NCBI RefSeq assembly: GCF_018977255.1 | Contig: NW_024704742.1 | Span: 126,606,001-126,666,000, forward strand | Direction: 5' to 3' | Source of the DNA: Callorhinchus milii | Lineage: Eukaryota | Length of the DNA stretch: 60,000 bases | In this document: one piece after another, positions 1 to 19,444 of the stretch | How positions within the stretch are numbered: the stretch's first letter is position 1 | How the letters are laid out: each line of letters begins with the position of its first letter | Program-made: the position numbers and the translations under genes | Notes under the pieces: model-generated | Seen by the model: the letters and a program-made list of their open reading frames with translations, nothing else | Database searches by the model: none | Told to the model about the DNA's origin: nothing

Positions 1-1077
1 GCTCCTCTCTTCCTCTGCAACCTCCTAACACCCGACCAACCTGTCCACTTCTTCCGCTGAGCGAGCTCGGGCCTGCTTCACATTTCCTGCCTCGCCTGCG
101 AGCAAGCCTTCAGCCACTGTTCCCACCCTCTGGAACTCCATCCCGCAGTCCCTCTGCCTTGCCTCGTTCAAGACCCTCCTCATCGACCATGCCTTTGCAC
201 TAAATACTATGAAGCTCTTTGAAACGTCCTCCCAAGGCACAAGAACACAACTCAGCTCGCTATCTGCTGTGTAACCAGGCTACCCTGTCATGAAAGGTTT
301 TCCAGTAACAGCCATACTTGTACAGCGCCGTTTATGTAAAATAACATCTCGAGGTGGTAGGGGCAACTCTGGATGACATAAAGAAATACACATTGAAAGC
401 AACTTTTTAAAAAGTTGGATAACACAAATGTCAAATACCCTTATTGTTACACTGGGATGAATGTCTTGCGTCCTCCCAGAGAGCTTGTTCAAAAATAAGA
501 GATAGGCTTGAGGATTTAAATTTTCCTATCGGGCCTGCGCAACGGGAGGTGACATCAAAATATCACGAAGAATTCCTTTTGATTGCTTTGCAGACTTTAA
601 TGTGTCCACACTTGGCCAACCAACCGAAAACAATTAAAAACTCTACCTCTGGGTAATTTTTAGGTGTCAATTCTAAGTTATCAGTATAGCGCAGTCTCGT
701 GATAACACCCTTTTTATAGCGAGTATTCAGGTATAATGTGGTTGCAGTGTGGACCCACCCCAGTCCTGGGTGCGGGCTGGCTTTCACGCTAAAATGGCCA
801 ACTTATGAGGTTGCCCCCGATATCACTTCCCGTTTGTTGCGCACGAGCAAAGCAGGAAGCAATGTCAGCGGCTGCCCAATGACCTGGGAGTCAACCTGTT
901 TTTTAAGCAAAGGAACTGGCACAGGGAGCAAGCTACCCGGCTGAACACATGCACAGCACAACCGACCTACGAGCCTTGCTGCAGCATAGCTTGGTACTTT
1001 ATGGGGCCTAACTACTGCGTTATAACAAGTCACTACTGTATCACAGCCTCTTCCGTGGGAAAATAAAGTCACTGTAC

Positions 1078-7922
<6,845 letters not shown>

Positions 7923-8084
7923 TCTGAAAAGGGACAAACCAAGGCCACTGCCACCCCAGTGTCCTCCTGCCATAGGAAGAAACAAATAGTCACATCTCAA
8001 GTTCATTCCCTTCATTGATGATCAACAGAGAGAAATTATTTCCACTGGCCGCTGAGTCACTAAGCAGAGGGAAGCAATTTAAGA

Positions 8085-8978
8085 TACTGTCAAACCCATT
8101 ACCAGCAAACACTCAGGGGACTGGACCAAAGTGGCCTCCGAGGAAGGGTTCCTTGTGTAGAATTTCTAAGTGTATAAGTGATTAGAAAAATACAGTACAC
8201 ACACAAACTCATAATTCGAACCACCACAACAACAATTTGCATTTATATAGCACCCTTCACGCCAGACGGCCTCTCGGAGCGCTTGAATTACAGGTAGTTT
8301 TAATAGATGAATTTACTGCACTAATTCATTTTGTTTGCGTATGCCAACATCAAATACATGGTCATATTTACAAAGAGGGATATTCTAATTAATTGTAGAC
8401 AAACAAAAGCAAAATCGTTCCTCCATTTGTCAGATTCTCTCATTTGGAAATATAAGAAAACCAGATCCTAATGTAAACATCGAGTGATTCCCTTGAACCA
8501 CACTAAATCCTTCCCTGTCTGTTATTATCTGCCCCAAAGACAACCCAACCATGTGTCAGCTTCAGAAATGTCCCATATGGGTTTTCTATATTGGTGTTGC
8601 GTATATTCTGATGCATCTTTAAAAAAAAATTTGACTAAATAGCTTTCAAAGTAATGACCAATGAGGGGGGGAAGCTGTGGGCTGCTCAGCAGGGCGTTAA
8701 CAAATGTACTTGAGAGACTAGCGGGAGTCTGCACGCAGGCCCGCGGAGATTGGTAATGCATTACCAGCAAGTACACGGAAATTCACTTAGAACTGCTGCT
8801 GTAAAGAGTGTCTGTACAGCGACAGGGCTCAAAAAAGAGTGGCCACTGGTTGCGTGAGGGAGGTGGTTGCTGAATAAAGGTGGTTTAATATGGAAAATCG
8901 GTCAGGACTATTCCAAGGTGGTTGTTGACAGCAGGTGGTTGCTGAACAGAGGTGGATGCTTTAACAGGTTTGACTCTA
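8085..8978. mobile_element. pogo/Tigger-like MITE inserted in a CR1 3' fragment
   Basis: Left end TACTGTCAAACCCATTA vs right end (reverse complement) TAGAGTCAAACCTGTTA; repeated AGGTGGTTG subterminal motifs. Confidence 0.6.
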
Positions 8979-10722
8979 GTTAATAAACAAACAAATGGGG
9001 AGGTTAGGAGAAATTTCACGCAGAGAGGTTAGGATATGGAATGCCCCACTAGGATTAATAGTATAGGAAAAAAACATGTTGGCCTTCAAGAGGTAACCAG
9101 ACAAAACCGTAAGACTTTAATATAGGGTACGCTCCGCTCAACTAGCTCCGGCTTCTGCATGTCCCTCGTACTCTCCGTTCCACCATTGGTGGCTGCGCTT
9201 TCAGCCACTACACCCCGAAACTCTGGAACACTCTTCCTCTATCCCTCTGCCTTTCCCCTTCGCTCCCCATCTTCAGGTCGCGCATGAAGACCTCCTTCTT
9301 CAACCGTGCCTATGGTCACCTCTCCCTCCCCCCGGCTCGGAGTCGTGCTCCCCCACTGTCAAGCGCTCAGGGACGCTATATAAATGCAAGTTGTTGTGGT
9401 TTTATTGTAGCCAAAACTCACGATAAAATATCACCAGGAGATTTGAGAAAACACAAAACAATTGGATCAAAGTTCAAAAAGTTTACAACAAAAATCAGAG
9501 GAGAGTTTTAAAAACTATTTATGCTGGTCCCATTCTCAAACTACTCGACCTTGTTATAACCTGTCTCCTTCCAACTGTATTACAGCTTTAAAGCTCCCTC
9601 CTACGCATATCTGTCATGATGGCAGGAAACAGCAAGGCTATAATTTAAACAATCACATGAGATCGTGGGTCATGATACAGTGCTCGAATGGCTTATGAAC
9701 CCAAAGACTAAATAATAGCCCTACTAACTACAACTTTTTTTTAGAAATCCTTGCATTTGACACAGTGCCTTTCACATTGGGAGCACCTCTCCTGAAATAG
9801 GAAGGCATGACCTTGGTTGAATGTCACTTGTGAAGGTCGGCACCTTCAACAATGCAGCCCTACCCCACCACTGGAAGCGAGTTCAAAGTCCCGACATGGG
9901 ACTTGAACCCACAATCTTCTGACTCAGAGGCAAGATTGCTGCCATCATCGTCAGACTAACACCTAACTTTCTTTTAAGTACTTGAGTTTCAACAAAATAA
10001 ACAGTGCCGACTCCAGTAAGCAAAGTAATGCTGATTAACAACAACAAATTACATTTGTGTCGTGCCTTTCACATTGTGAGGATGTCCCAAAGCACTAAAA
10101 TAGTTTTCGTTTATAAATGATTACATTGATTAAAGACTGTGAGGCTATTACATTGTCTTAATCAGTTGCAATAAAATTTGCACGAGGGTAAAGTAAGGGT
10201 GTTATTTTGCAGTTCTATAGCTGAATAATAAGACTTCTAAGAACAGGTGGCAAATTCCCACTGCTGCCTTGCAAATATTCTCAGAGCCTCCATTAGCTGC
10301 AGCTCCAAACAGCTACCGACAAGGTCCAATGGTATGAAGGACAGTCAAATAAGTGGCCTAGTTTAATAACATAATATTTTATCCCTATAAGGCAACTGTC
10401 CTCATTAATGCCTTTGGTATTCTGATCACCATTAGTTTCAAAAGACAAAAGCAGACTGTGATCAAGTGGCCTCATTACTGAAATACTCACAGGATGAGGA
10501 GCTACTTGTATGGGTAGTTACAATAGCACTGCTGGGTGACATATTCAGGCAAATATTAAAGTAGAGCTTGTTTGGAAATTCAGATTTAACCCTTTATACC
10601 GAGCAACCTGGTGTAACTTTTAAATAACTAGTGTGATATATAAAAAACGAAAACTGATTTACTCCATATTAAGAAGAATATTATAGGAGCAAACATGAGA
10701 TTGGGATTAGATTAGATGATTC

Positions 10723-11092
10723 ATAATAATAATAATCCTTGCATTTGATATAGCATCTTATCACGTCTTCGAGACGTGTCAAAGTATCTCACAAAATATA
10801 CTTTAAAGTGAATTGACTGTATATTTTGTGGGCGAAACGTGGCAGCCAATTGTGCACAGCAGAGTCCCACAAACAGTCGTGGATTGAGTGACCAATCTAT
10901 TATTATTATTTTTTTGAAGGAATTATTACCCCCGGAAAAGCGATCCACCAATTGACTAACAACCGGGTTCCTACTTACTGCTAAGTAAACAGAGGCGTAT
11001 GGAGTAAGGAAACTTGCCCAACGTTTTGCCCTGCCTGGAATCGAACCCAGGTCTCTCATGAGACGAGTGCTCTAACCACTGAACTACAGGAC
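10723..11092 (-). mobile_element. tRNA-derived SINE, long-spacer variant
   Basis: Same head, core and tail with an extra ~80 bp spacer (ctctgtttacttagcagtaagtaggaaccc...), also present at 49802-50090. Confidence 0.85.
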
Positions 11093-11744
11093 TCGACTGC
11101 ACCTCATTCAGGTAAAAGGTAACGATCACATGGCACTATCCAAAAAGAGAATGGAGTTTCTCCTGGTGTCCGAACCAACAGTGCCCCGGATGAAAGTTGG
11201 TAGGTCACTTCACGACTGTTTGCCAGGCCTTGCTACATGCAAATTGGCTGGCGCATTGGCTATATAGTCACTACATTTTGCAGTAAAATCCTGTGAAGCA
11301 CTTAGAGAACTCCTCCTGACGCGAAATACACTGTATCAAATGCAAGAATTATTATTAATAAGGTTAAGTAGGAGGGTATTAATGGAGGGTAAGTAGGATA
11401 GCTCGGTGGGCTGGCCAGATGAAATAATGGCCTGTACCTGCCTGAAATTGTTACTCTATTTGTAACTACAGTTGTAGTGAAGTCTTTATTGCAATGTGTA
11501 ATATAAGATTCCCACATTTTTATTTATTTATATTTCTTATCAACTTTTTTTAATAAAAGGGACTCGATTGTTCAGCAGGCTTAAGAAAATAAAAACTATG
11601 CATTTTAAAAGAGGAACAGAAATGCACATTTATGCCCCCTGGTATTAGCTATACTTTGTAGGGTGACATTGAGCAAGAATTTGTGATTCACATATCCTGC
11701 TCTTTTCCCACAACCCTGCAGCCTTGAAATGACCACACATAGAA

Positions 11745-12765
11745 CAGTCCTCTCTTCTTCAAATCTCTATATGCTCCCTCTTGGCGACATCATCCGCAAA
11801 CATGGGGTCAACTTCCACGTGTAGGCGAATGACACCCAACTGTATCTCTCTGCCTCCACCCTTGACTCCAGGACCACTGCTGTCCTGACAGAATGTCTGT
11901 CAGACATCAAGTCCTGGATGAGAGCAAACTTTCTTCAGTTGAACGTTAACAAGACCGAGGCTCTCCTGATTGGCTCCTGTCAACGCCTCCGCACCTCAGG
12001 TGCTGATAGCATCACCATCCACAGATGTACACTTCATCTTACTAAGCCAGTCCAGGACCTGAGCGCCCTGTTTGACCCTCAACTATCCTTTCTACCTCAC
12101 ATTTGCGCCATGACCCGCTCTGTCGTTCCCCACCTCCGCAACATCGCCCGACTCCGACACTGTCTCACACCCCAGGTCGCCGAAACCCTCATACATGCAT
12201 TCATAACATCCAGGCTTGACTACTCAAACTCTCTGCTTGTCGGCCTCCCTAACTACTCCCTCCATAGGTTGCAGATCATCCAGAACTCTGCAGCCCATGT
12301 CCTCTCCCGCACCGGGCTCTGTGACCCTATCACCCCCATCCTCGCCCGACTCCACTGACTTCCCATCACACAGAGGATACAGTTCAAGATCCTGGTCCTC
12401 ACCTTCAAAGCGCTCCAAAGCCTTACTTCCCCCTACCTCTGCGACCTCCTAATCCTCTACCAATCTTACCGCTTCTTCCGCCGAGCAGGCTCGGGTTTGC
12501 TTCACGTTTCCTACCATTGGCTGGCAAGCCTTCAGCCACTCTGCCCCCACCCTCTGCAACTCCATCCCGCAGTCCCTCCACCTTGCCCCCTCTCCTGTCT
12601 GTTTCAAGACCCTCCCCATCGACTGTGCCTTTGATCACCCTCCTCCTCTACCCTCCATCCTCCCCAATCCCGACCCCCAGCTCGGGTCCAAAACACTGAT
12701 TGTCAAACACTTAGCAATGTCCTCCTGATGTGAAAGGAGCTGTACAAATGTAATTTTGTTCTTTT
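11745..12765 (+). mobile_element. L2 LINE 3' portion (RT C-terminus to tail), disrupted
   Basis: ORF 11918-12358 MRANFLQLNVNKTEALLIG...[14 protein letters not shown]...QNSAAHVL; stops and frameshifts. Confidence 0.9.
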
Positions 12766-12851
12766 AGTATAACATAAAACACATTCTGTATGAGAACAGC
12801 CAATAACACTACCCACAAGAAGCTGTGTTACAATTTCATCAGTATTTCAAT

Positions 12852-13212
12852 GAGCCCATATCAACCTGTCCGCTCCCTCCGCTCAGCTGGCTCCGGCTTG
12901 CTCCATGTCCCCTGCCAGCCCCCCCAACCACCATCGGCGGTGGTGCCTTCAGCCTCTCTGCCCCCACCCTTTGGAACTCCATCCAACATTCCCTTCACCT
13001 CGCCCCCTCCCTTGCCTCCTTCAAGGACTGTCTCAAGACCCTCTTCTTCAACCACGCCTTTGGTCATCCTCCTACCTCTACCTTCCCTGCCTTCTACCCC
13101 TCCTGATTCCCACCCCTCCTGATTCCAACCCCCAGCTTGGGTACAAATCCCTGACTTGCGACATCCTCCCGACGTGAAGGGCGCTCTACAAATGTAATCT
13201 GCTGTTGTTGTG
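12852..13212 (+). mobile_element. L2 LINE 3' end
   Basis: [15 protein letters not shown]...; tail gacatcctcccgacgtgaagggcgct plus (TTG)n. Confidence 0.85.
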
Positions 13213-15116
13213 TTGAGCCAGATTTCCAAACAACCAGAATTTTTTAAGATACCAATGGAAACTCATTATTTTAAAACTAATCACAAACAATTAATTAATG
13301 AAAATCCTCTGCCCAATACAGCACATCGACATCTGAATCACAGTTTCATTCTATAACAAGAGTAAAAAGAGTTTCTGCTGGTATCCTGGTTACCAATGGT
13401 CCAGATTAATTGATCACTAGCTTGTGGGAACTAGCCAGGGGCACAAATATTTTTTGCCCACAAAAGGCACTACAACTGATAGTAGTTATCTTTAAAATGC
13501 TTTGAATAAGTGAGGGCGAGGTGAATGACCTACTCAGGATAAAGTACAAGTGGTTTCTTTCTAATCCTTAGATTGCTATGTCGCTCTTCCGCACCTCTTC
13601 AAAGTTGTTCAAGTTAACCTTTGGAGTTCGTCTGTCTGAGCAATGCGAGCTCTCAATCTGTAGTACTTATTCACTCTCCTGTGTTTTTAAATGCAAACAG
13701 CACGTCATGAATTAAAGTTAAATGTATGCAATGCAACCCTGTCAGTCGTCTCAAGCTTTTATTTGGCATAAAAATTGTAGGTCGAGCAAAAAAATTCAGA
13801 CAGTTGTTAAAGATAAGAAAATACATGAATAAAAAAGATAGTGTGGAGATTGGAAAGAAGAGAAAGTAGAAGGAAAAAAATGCAAGTAAGTAGGGGTCAG
13901 CAAATTGTACTCTGCATTATCTGCAAAATACCCAACTTGGAAAGAATTCATGACTTTTAGTGGAAAATGTACAAATACAGGGGTAATTTTATTAGCTCAG
14001 TTGCAATATCCCTGGAATGTATCCTGAAACTTGAGTTTAGCCCCTTTTAAACAACCTCAATTTATTATTTTAATTATGCACTCCTATGGTGTCTTTCACA
14101 CAGGAAGAACATCCCAATATATACTCAGCTGAACCTGCATTCACCTCCCCCTCACTCTCACACACACCTTCCCCTGTCTGTCTGTCTCTCTCACTCCTCT
14201 ATACCTGCACCCGTTTGTCTTTGTCCATCTCTCTCTAATCACCTGCACCTGCCTTCCCTGAGCTGCATCTACCTTCTCTCTCTCTTCTCACCAGTATCTG
14301 GTTTGCCCCTCTCCCGTGTCCATCTGTAGCTCTCTCTGACTCATCTGGTACCTGCTCCCCTGTTTCTCTCTCTGGCTGTGTCTCATCTAGTAGTTGTGAG
14401 CACCACTGATTTGACTGCGGGATGGATGGACATTCATGTTGTGAGGCAGGAGCTCAGCACAGAGCAGCGATTGCTGACTGACTGAGTGACTGACTGATTG
14501 ATTGGCTTCACAAGGACAGACTCATTGCCTGTGGTGACCTTTCACTCTGAATTTAACACGTTACCCTGCACAGGGCATCGACCATAAGCTTTGTATAATT
14601 GTTTCACATGAAAAGCAAACGCTGTGTGTTTTTAAAAACCAAAACATTTTGCACAACTTTAGCTTTTGTATCAATTAAAGTAGAGATTTGTCCCCCATTT
14701 CCTTCATTGATTATAACTCACTCTCCTGGATAACCACAATTTGTAACTGGATAAGTTTTGATATCAGTGAGTCATCTCTTGCTCTTTCTACACTATTGAT
14801 ATAAATAAACACGATCTTTATATCGGTTTCAAGTCACACAATTTTTTTTTGCACAAATAATTGGGTGGGAATCTATCATTAACTACAATCTGCAACACAA
14901 ACCTACAGTTTGCTGAAATAAATGAAATAAATGCAACAATCAAACACCCATCCACACACACCCAACAAGTGCTTTTGCAGAAATAATGTCGTGCATTATA
15001 ATCAAAAGATGTGCAAAGTATGGAACCAGGTGGTTACCAATATTTCTGATATATTAAAAACATATGGAAACTGTGTCTGTTTGGTCATATTGCTGCTTTA
15101 TGAATTATTAGAATGC

Positions 15117-16265
15117 AGAGGGTGGGGGAGGTTGGTGGGGAGGGTGGGGGGATTGGGGTGAGCGTGGGGGGGTGGGGAGGGTGGGGGGATTGGGGGTGAG
15201 CGTGGGGGGGTGGGGAGGGTGGGGGATTGGGGTGAGCGTGGGGGGGTGGGGAGGGTGGGGGATTGGGGGTGAGCGTGGGGGGGGGAGGGTGGGGGGTTGG
15301 GGGTGAGCGTGTGGGGGTGGGGAGGGTGGGGGGATTGGGGTGAGCGTGGGGGGTGGGGAGGGTGGCGGCGGTGAGGGGGGTGAGGGGTGTGAGGGATGAG
15401 GGGAGGGGGGGTGAGGGGGTGAGGGTGGGGTGGGTGAGGGGGAGGGGAGGGGTGCGGGGGGTGGGTGGGTGAGTGAGGGGGGGGTTGAGAGTGGGTGGGT
15501 GAGGGTGGGGGCGGTGAGAGTGGGAGGGGGTGAGGGTGGGGGTTGAGGGGGAGGGGTGAGGGTGGGAGGGGTGAGGGGGGTGAGGGTGACGGGGAGGGGT
15601 GAGGGTGAGGGGTGAGGGGGTGAGAGGTGAGGGTGAGGGGGGGGGTGAGGGGGGTGAGAGGGGGTGAGGGTGAGGGGGTGAGGGGGTGAGGGTGAGGGGG
15701 TGAGGGGTGAGGGTGAGGGGGTGAGGGGGGTGAGGGGTGAGGGTGAGGGGGTGAGGGTGAGGGGGTGAGGGGTGAGGGTGAGGGTGAGGGGTGAGGGGTG
15801 AGGGTGAGGGGTGAGGGGTGAGGGGAGGGTGAGGGGGGGTGAGGGTGAGGGGGGTGAGGGTGGGGGTGAGGGTGAGGGGGGTTGATGGTGAGGGTGAGAG
15901 TGGGGGTGAGGGTGAGGGGGGTGAGGGGGTGAGGGGGGTGAGAGTGGGGGTGAGGGTGAGGGGGGTGAGGGGGTGAGGGGGGTGAGGGGGGTGAGAGTGG
16001 GGGTGAGGGTGAGGGGAGTTGATGGTGAGGGTGAGATGAAGTGGGGGTGAGGGTGAGGCGGTGAGGGGTGAGGGGGGTGAGGGTGAGGGGTGAGGGTGGG
16101 GGGTGAGGGTGGGGAGTTGATGGTGAGGGTGAGAGTGGGGGTGGGGGTGGGTGGGGTGAGGGTGATGGTGAGGGTGAGAGTCGGTGTGGGTGGGGGGGTG
16201 AGGGTGAGGGGGTTGTGGTGAGGGTGAGAGTGGGGGTGAGGGGAGGGGGGTGAGGGTGAGGGGGT
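15117..16265 (+). repeat. G-rich minisatellite and (GGGTGA/GGGGTGA)n array
   Basis: About 6 copies of a ~37 bp unit containing GTGAGCGT (15150-15360), then ~900 bp of GGGTGA-type units. Confidence 0.95.
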
Positions 16266-16353
16266 TAACACAAATCTGAAAAGCCAAGTAAATGTACAAT
16301 AAATGACAGGTTATGTGCAGATGCAGTTCTCACTGACAGTGACAGACACTGAC

Positions 16354-16530
16354 CTGCAGTGGAGCCGGTGCTGGTGCTGGTGCCGGGGCTGGTGCTGGTG
16401 CCGGGGCCGCTGGGTGTGGGGGGAGGGGAGGGGGGGGCGGGGCCTCTCGGGAGCCGGTGGTTTCCTGTTGAACTTTGTAACCGGAACTAGAAATAATTCC
16501 CTTAAAAGGTCAATAAGCCACGTGATCAGT
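16354..16530 (-). promoter_or_regulatory. NNT: Putative NNT promoter and non-coding exon 1
   Basis: Small CpG-rich patch ending in donor CTGCAG|GTCAGT at 16354; CCGGAA 16481-16486, AAAGGTCA 16505-16512, CACGTG 16519-16524; the most promoter-like segment I saw between the TARS1 3' end and NNT exon 2. Confidence 0.6.
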
Positions 16531-16569
16531 CAACCTGAGGGCTGTGGTCCTCACTCACTCACTCACATT

Positions 16570-16745
16570 TATATACAGACACACACATAAATATCATATA
16601 AATGTACATACATATACACACACAGATATATATTTGCACACATATATCATAAATATACATATACACACACAGGTATATCATATACAACACATATATGTAC
16701 CCACACACATATACACACACACACATATATATATATATATATGTA
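16570..16745. repeat. (CA/TA)n low-complexity microsatellite
   Basis: acacacata/tatata alternation. Confidence 0.8.
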
Positions 16746-16861
16746 CGTGCACCGATTTAAAAACATTTTTAGAATTGCAACAAATGCGGCACGAACACAA
16801 AAATTGCAATGGTGACAATTTACTCCCCCCCCACGTAGGGTCAAAATAATAATAATAATGA

Positions 16862-17835
16862 TTAAAGAGGAGGGTCTTGAGACCGGCCTTGAAGGAGGCG
16901 AGGGAGGAAGAGAGGCGAAGGGACCGTGGGATGGAGTTCCAGAGTGTGGGGGCAGAGAGGCTGAAAGCCCGGCCACCGATGGTAGGGCGGGTCGGGCGGG
17001 AGACATGGAGCAGATCGGAGCCCGCTGAACGGAGGGAGCGGGCAGGTTGGTAGGGAGTCAGCAGGTAGAGAGGTAGGAGGGGACAAGGCCATGGATGGCC
17101 TTGAAAGTGAGGACGAGGATCTGGAACTCGATCCTCTGAGGGATGGGGAGCCAGTGGAGTCGGGTGAGAGTGGGAATGATGGGGTCACGGAGCCTGGTGC
17201 GTGAGAGTACATGAGCTGCAGAGTTTTGGATGATCTGCAGCCTGTGAAGGGAAGCGTTGGGAAGGCCGATGAGGAGGGAGTTTCCGTAATCGAGCCTTGA
17301 TGTGATGAATGCATGAGTGAGGGTTTTGGCAGCCTGAGGGGTGAGGCAGTGGCGGAGTCTGGCAATGTTGCCGAGGTGGTGGTAGGCAGTGCCAGTCATG
17401 GCACGGATGTGGGGGAGAAAGGAGTTCAGGTCAAAAAAGACACCAAGATTCCTGACTGGCTTTGTGAGGTTGAGTGCAAAGCTGTGGAGGTTGATGCTGC
17501 CAGCGCCTGAGGTGTGGAGGAAATGGCGCAATCCAATCAGGAGGGCCTCAGTTCAGTTGGAGAAAGTTGTCCCTTGTCCAGGTCTCGATGGCGGACACGC
17601 AGTCGATCAGGACGCCAGTAGTCCTGGAGTTGAGGGTGGAGGCAGAGAGATAGAGATGGGTGTCATCCGATTACATGTGGAAATTTACCCCATGTCTACG
17701 GATGATGTCACCAAGAGGGTGAAGAGGAGACCGAGAACAGCCCTGAGGAACACCGCACAAGACGGGGGCTGGAGGTAAAGCCGTTTGCAGAGATGAAGTG
17801 GAGGCGGTGTGAAAGATAGGACCTGAACCAGTCCA
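16862..17835 (-). mobile_element. L2 LINE fragment
   Basis: GVPQG..., [42 protein letters not shown]. Confidence 0.9.
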
Positions 17836-18956
17836 CTGGAACAGATAGATGGGACTTTGTCTTAACATGAAATACAAAGCAGAATCCACAAATTAAACTA
17901 ATTTCATGATTCGGGAAAAAAACTGATGTATTACATATCTGAAATGGTAATAATTGATGGACTGAACTGTAATTGAAGATCAGTCTTGTCCTGCAAATCA
18001 TTCTGCCTTGCCTCATCAGACTTGATAGATGGGTTTGAAATTATAAAGTTAGATGTAGGTATGTTTTGCCATTTTTAAATTTCAAAAAAAGCTTCAACGT
18101 AAGGGCAATAAGAGACAAGTGGAAAAGGTAGCATTAATTGATCAAAGGTCAAATCCTGTTTGAAATTGTTATTTTTGTTAACAAACAAGAAAAATATTTG
18201 TGTACTTATTGCTTTGTATACAGACTGCAAAGGGCTGTGTTAAGATTGGTTTATTGTTAGTTTGTCACTATGTATTATAAAACTGCCAGTTAAACTACCA
18301 CGACAATAATCTTCTTTGTGAGCACCTGATGATACCTCCCGTTCAACAGTGGTTCTCCAATTGTTTAATTACTTCGGTCCTCGCCAGTATATTTTCACCA
18401 ATGTTGGCAGATCACCCTTTACAAATACCCTGATACGCTGTTCATTGTAAATTTATTGGTAACAATAATAGGTGAGTAAATTTAAGAGTAGTTTATCTTC
18501 GATTGTTGTTTGAATTTATTTACAAAGTTAGAAATATTTTTTTTAAATGTCACGCACTTATGGGGAGTGTAGACTTAAAGAGGAATTACGTCTAGCATTG
18601 GTCATATTTTATTTAAAAGTGATTGTTGCCTTTGAAGCTTGTAACACAGAGTGATTGGATCCTTCAACATTTCTGATTTGTACACAAATACATGACTGAT
18701 GTAGTGAAATAAAACCTAATTTTCAAATGTGTGTTTCAACTGGGTATCCATCACATAATCTAAGGACACAACTTTGCACTTTACAAGTGGGAAAGGAATA
18801 ATTTCCATCAAGCAGGTCAGACACTACACAATATACAATTCCACCACCATATTCGTTAACATTTAACCTCTCCCGTTACCCCTCCTGTGGTTATCCTATT
18901 ATATGGAAACACAATGAGAGAAACAAATTAAAACTATTTAGCATTGAATCTCCTTG

Positions 18957-18981
18957 TTTATTGCATGATACAGCATTTATT
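18957..18981 (-). terminator. Candidate TARS1 polyadenylation signals (two AATAAA)
   Basis: tttatt on + at 18957-18962 and 18976-18981, about 320 bp past the stop. Confidence 0.55.
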
Positions 18982-19295
18982 AAAACAAACAATTTATCAG
19001 AGGACAAAAGGGTAAAACGTGAAAACTAGTACAAGTATATACGGTTATGGACAGGATTGAACCAGGATTATTACCTCTTTATCTTTAACCCAACATGGAA
19101 ACCAATGTTTTGGCAATATTCCATACATGCAATTTGTTTTTCTTTTAAAGACAAGCCATGAGATGAGTACTTTTTGCTGAGTCTTTTTCCAGACTCCTGC
19201 TTGGGGAATAAGGTTACCAGATTTACAGAATGCAGCTTTACTTCACAAATTGCTCATTTTTCCCTGTATTACTATGTAGTGCAGAACAATTCTTC

Positions 19296-19444
19296 TCAGA
19301 ACTCCTCCTCAGCGTGTTTACTTCTGGCTTGCTTGTGCTGAAGAAGTCTCGCAATGGTTTCAGAGATTGTGCGCTCTCCATGCACCTTGTTGTCTCTTGT
19401 GCGTACATTCACGGTTTCACTACTCTTCTCCTTTTCACCAAGCA
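19296..19444 (-). CDS. TARS1: TARS1 exon 19 (last coding exon)
   Basis: (V)[51 protein letters not shown] at 19296-19298. Confidence 0.95.

Noticed and set aside
400..417. Perfect 18 bp palindrome CAACTTTTTAAAAAGTTG
   Set aside because: Isolated and mostly A/T homopolymer; no supporting context
11918..12358. RT-like ORFs (also 17058-17531, 35370-35855, 46976-47476) as host genes or active LINEs
   Set aside because: 5'-truncated L2 fragments with stops and frameshifts; none encodes a full ORF2
15085..16299. 404 aa and 387 aa Pro/His/Thr-rich ORFs
   Set aside because: They are translations of the C-rich strand of a simple repeat that cannot form stop codons; open in several frames and inside NNT intron 1
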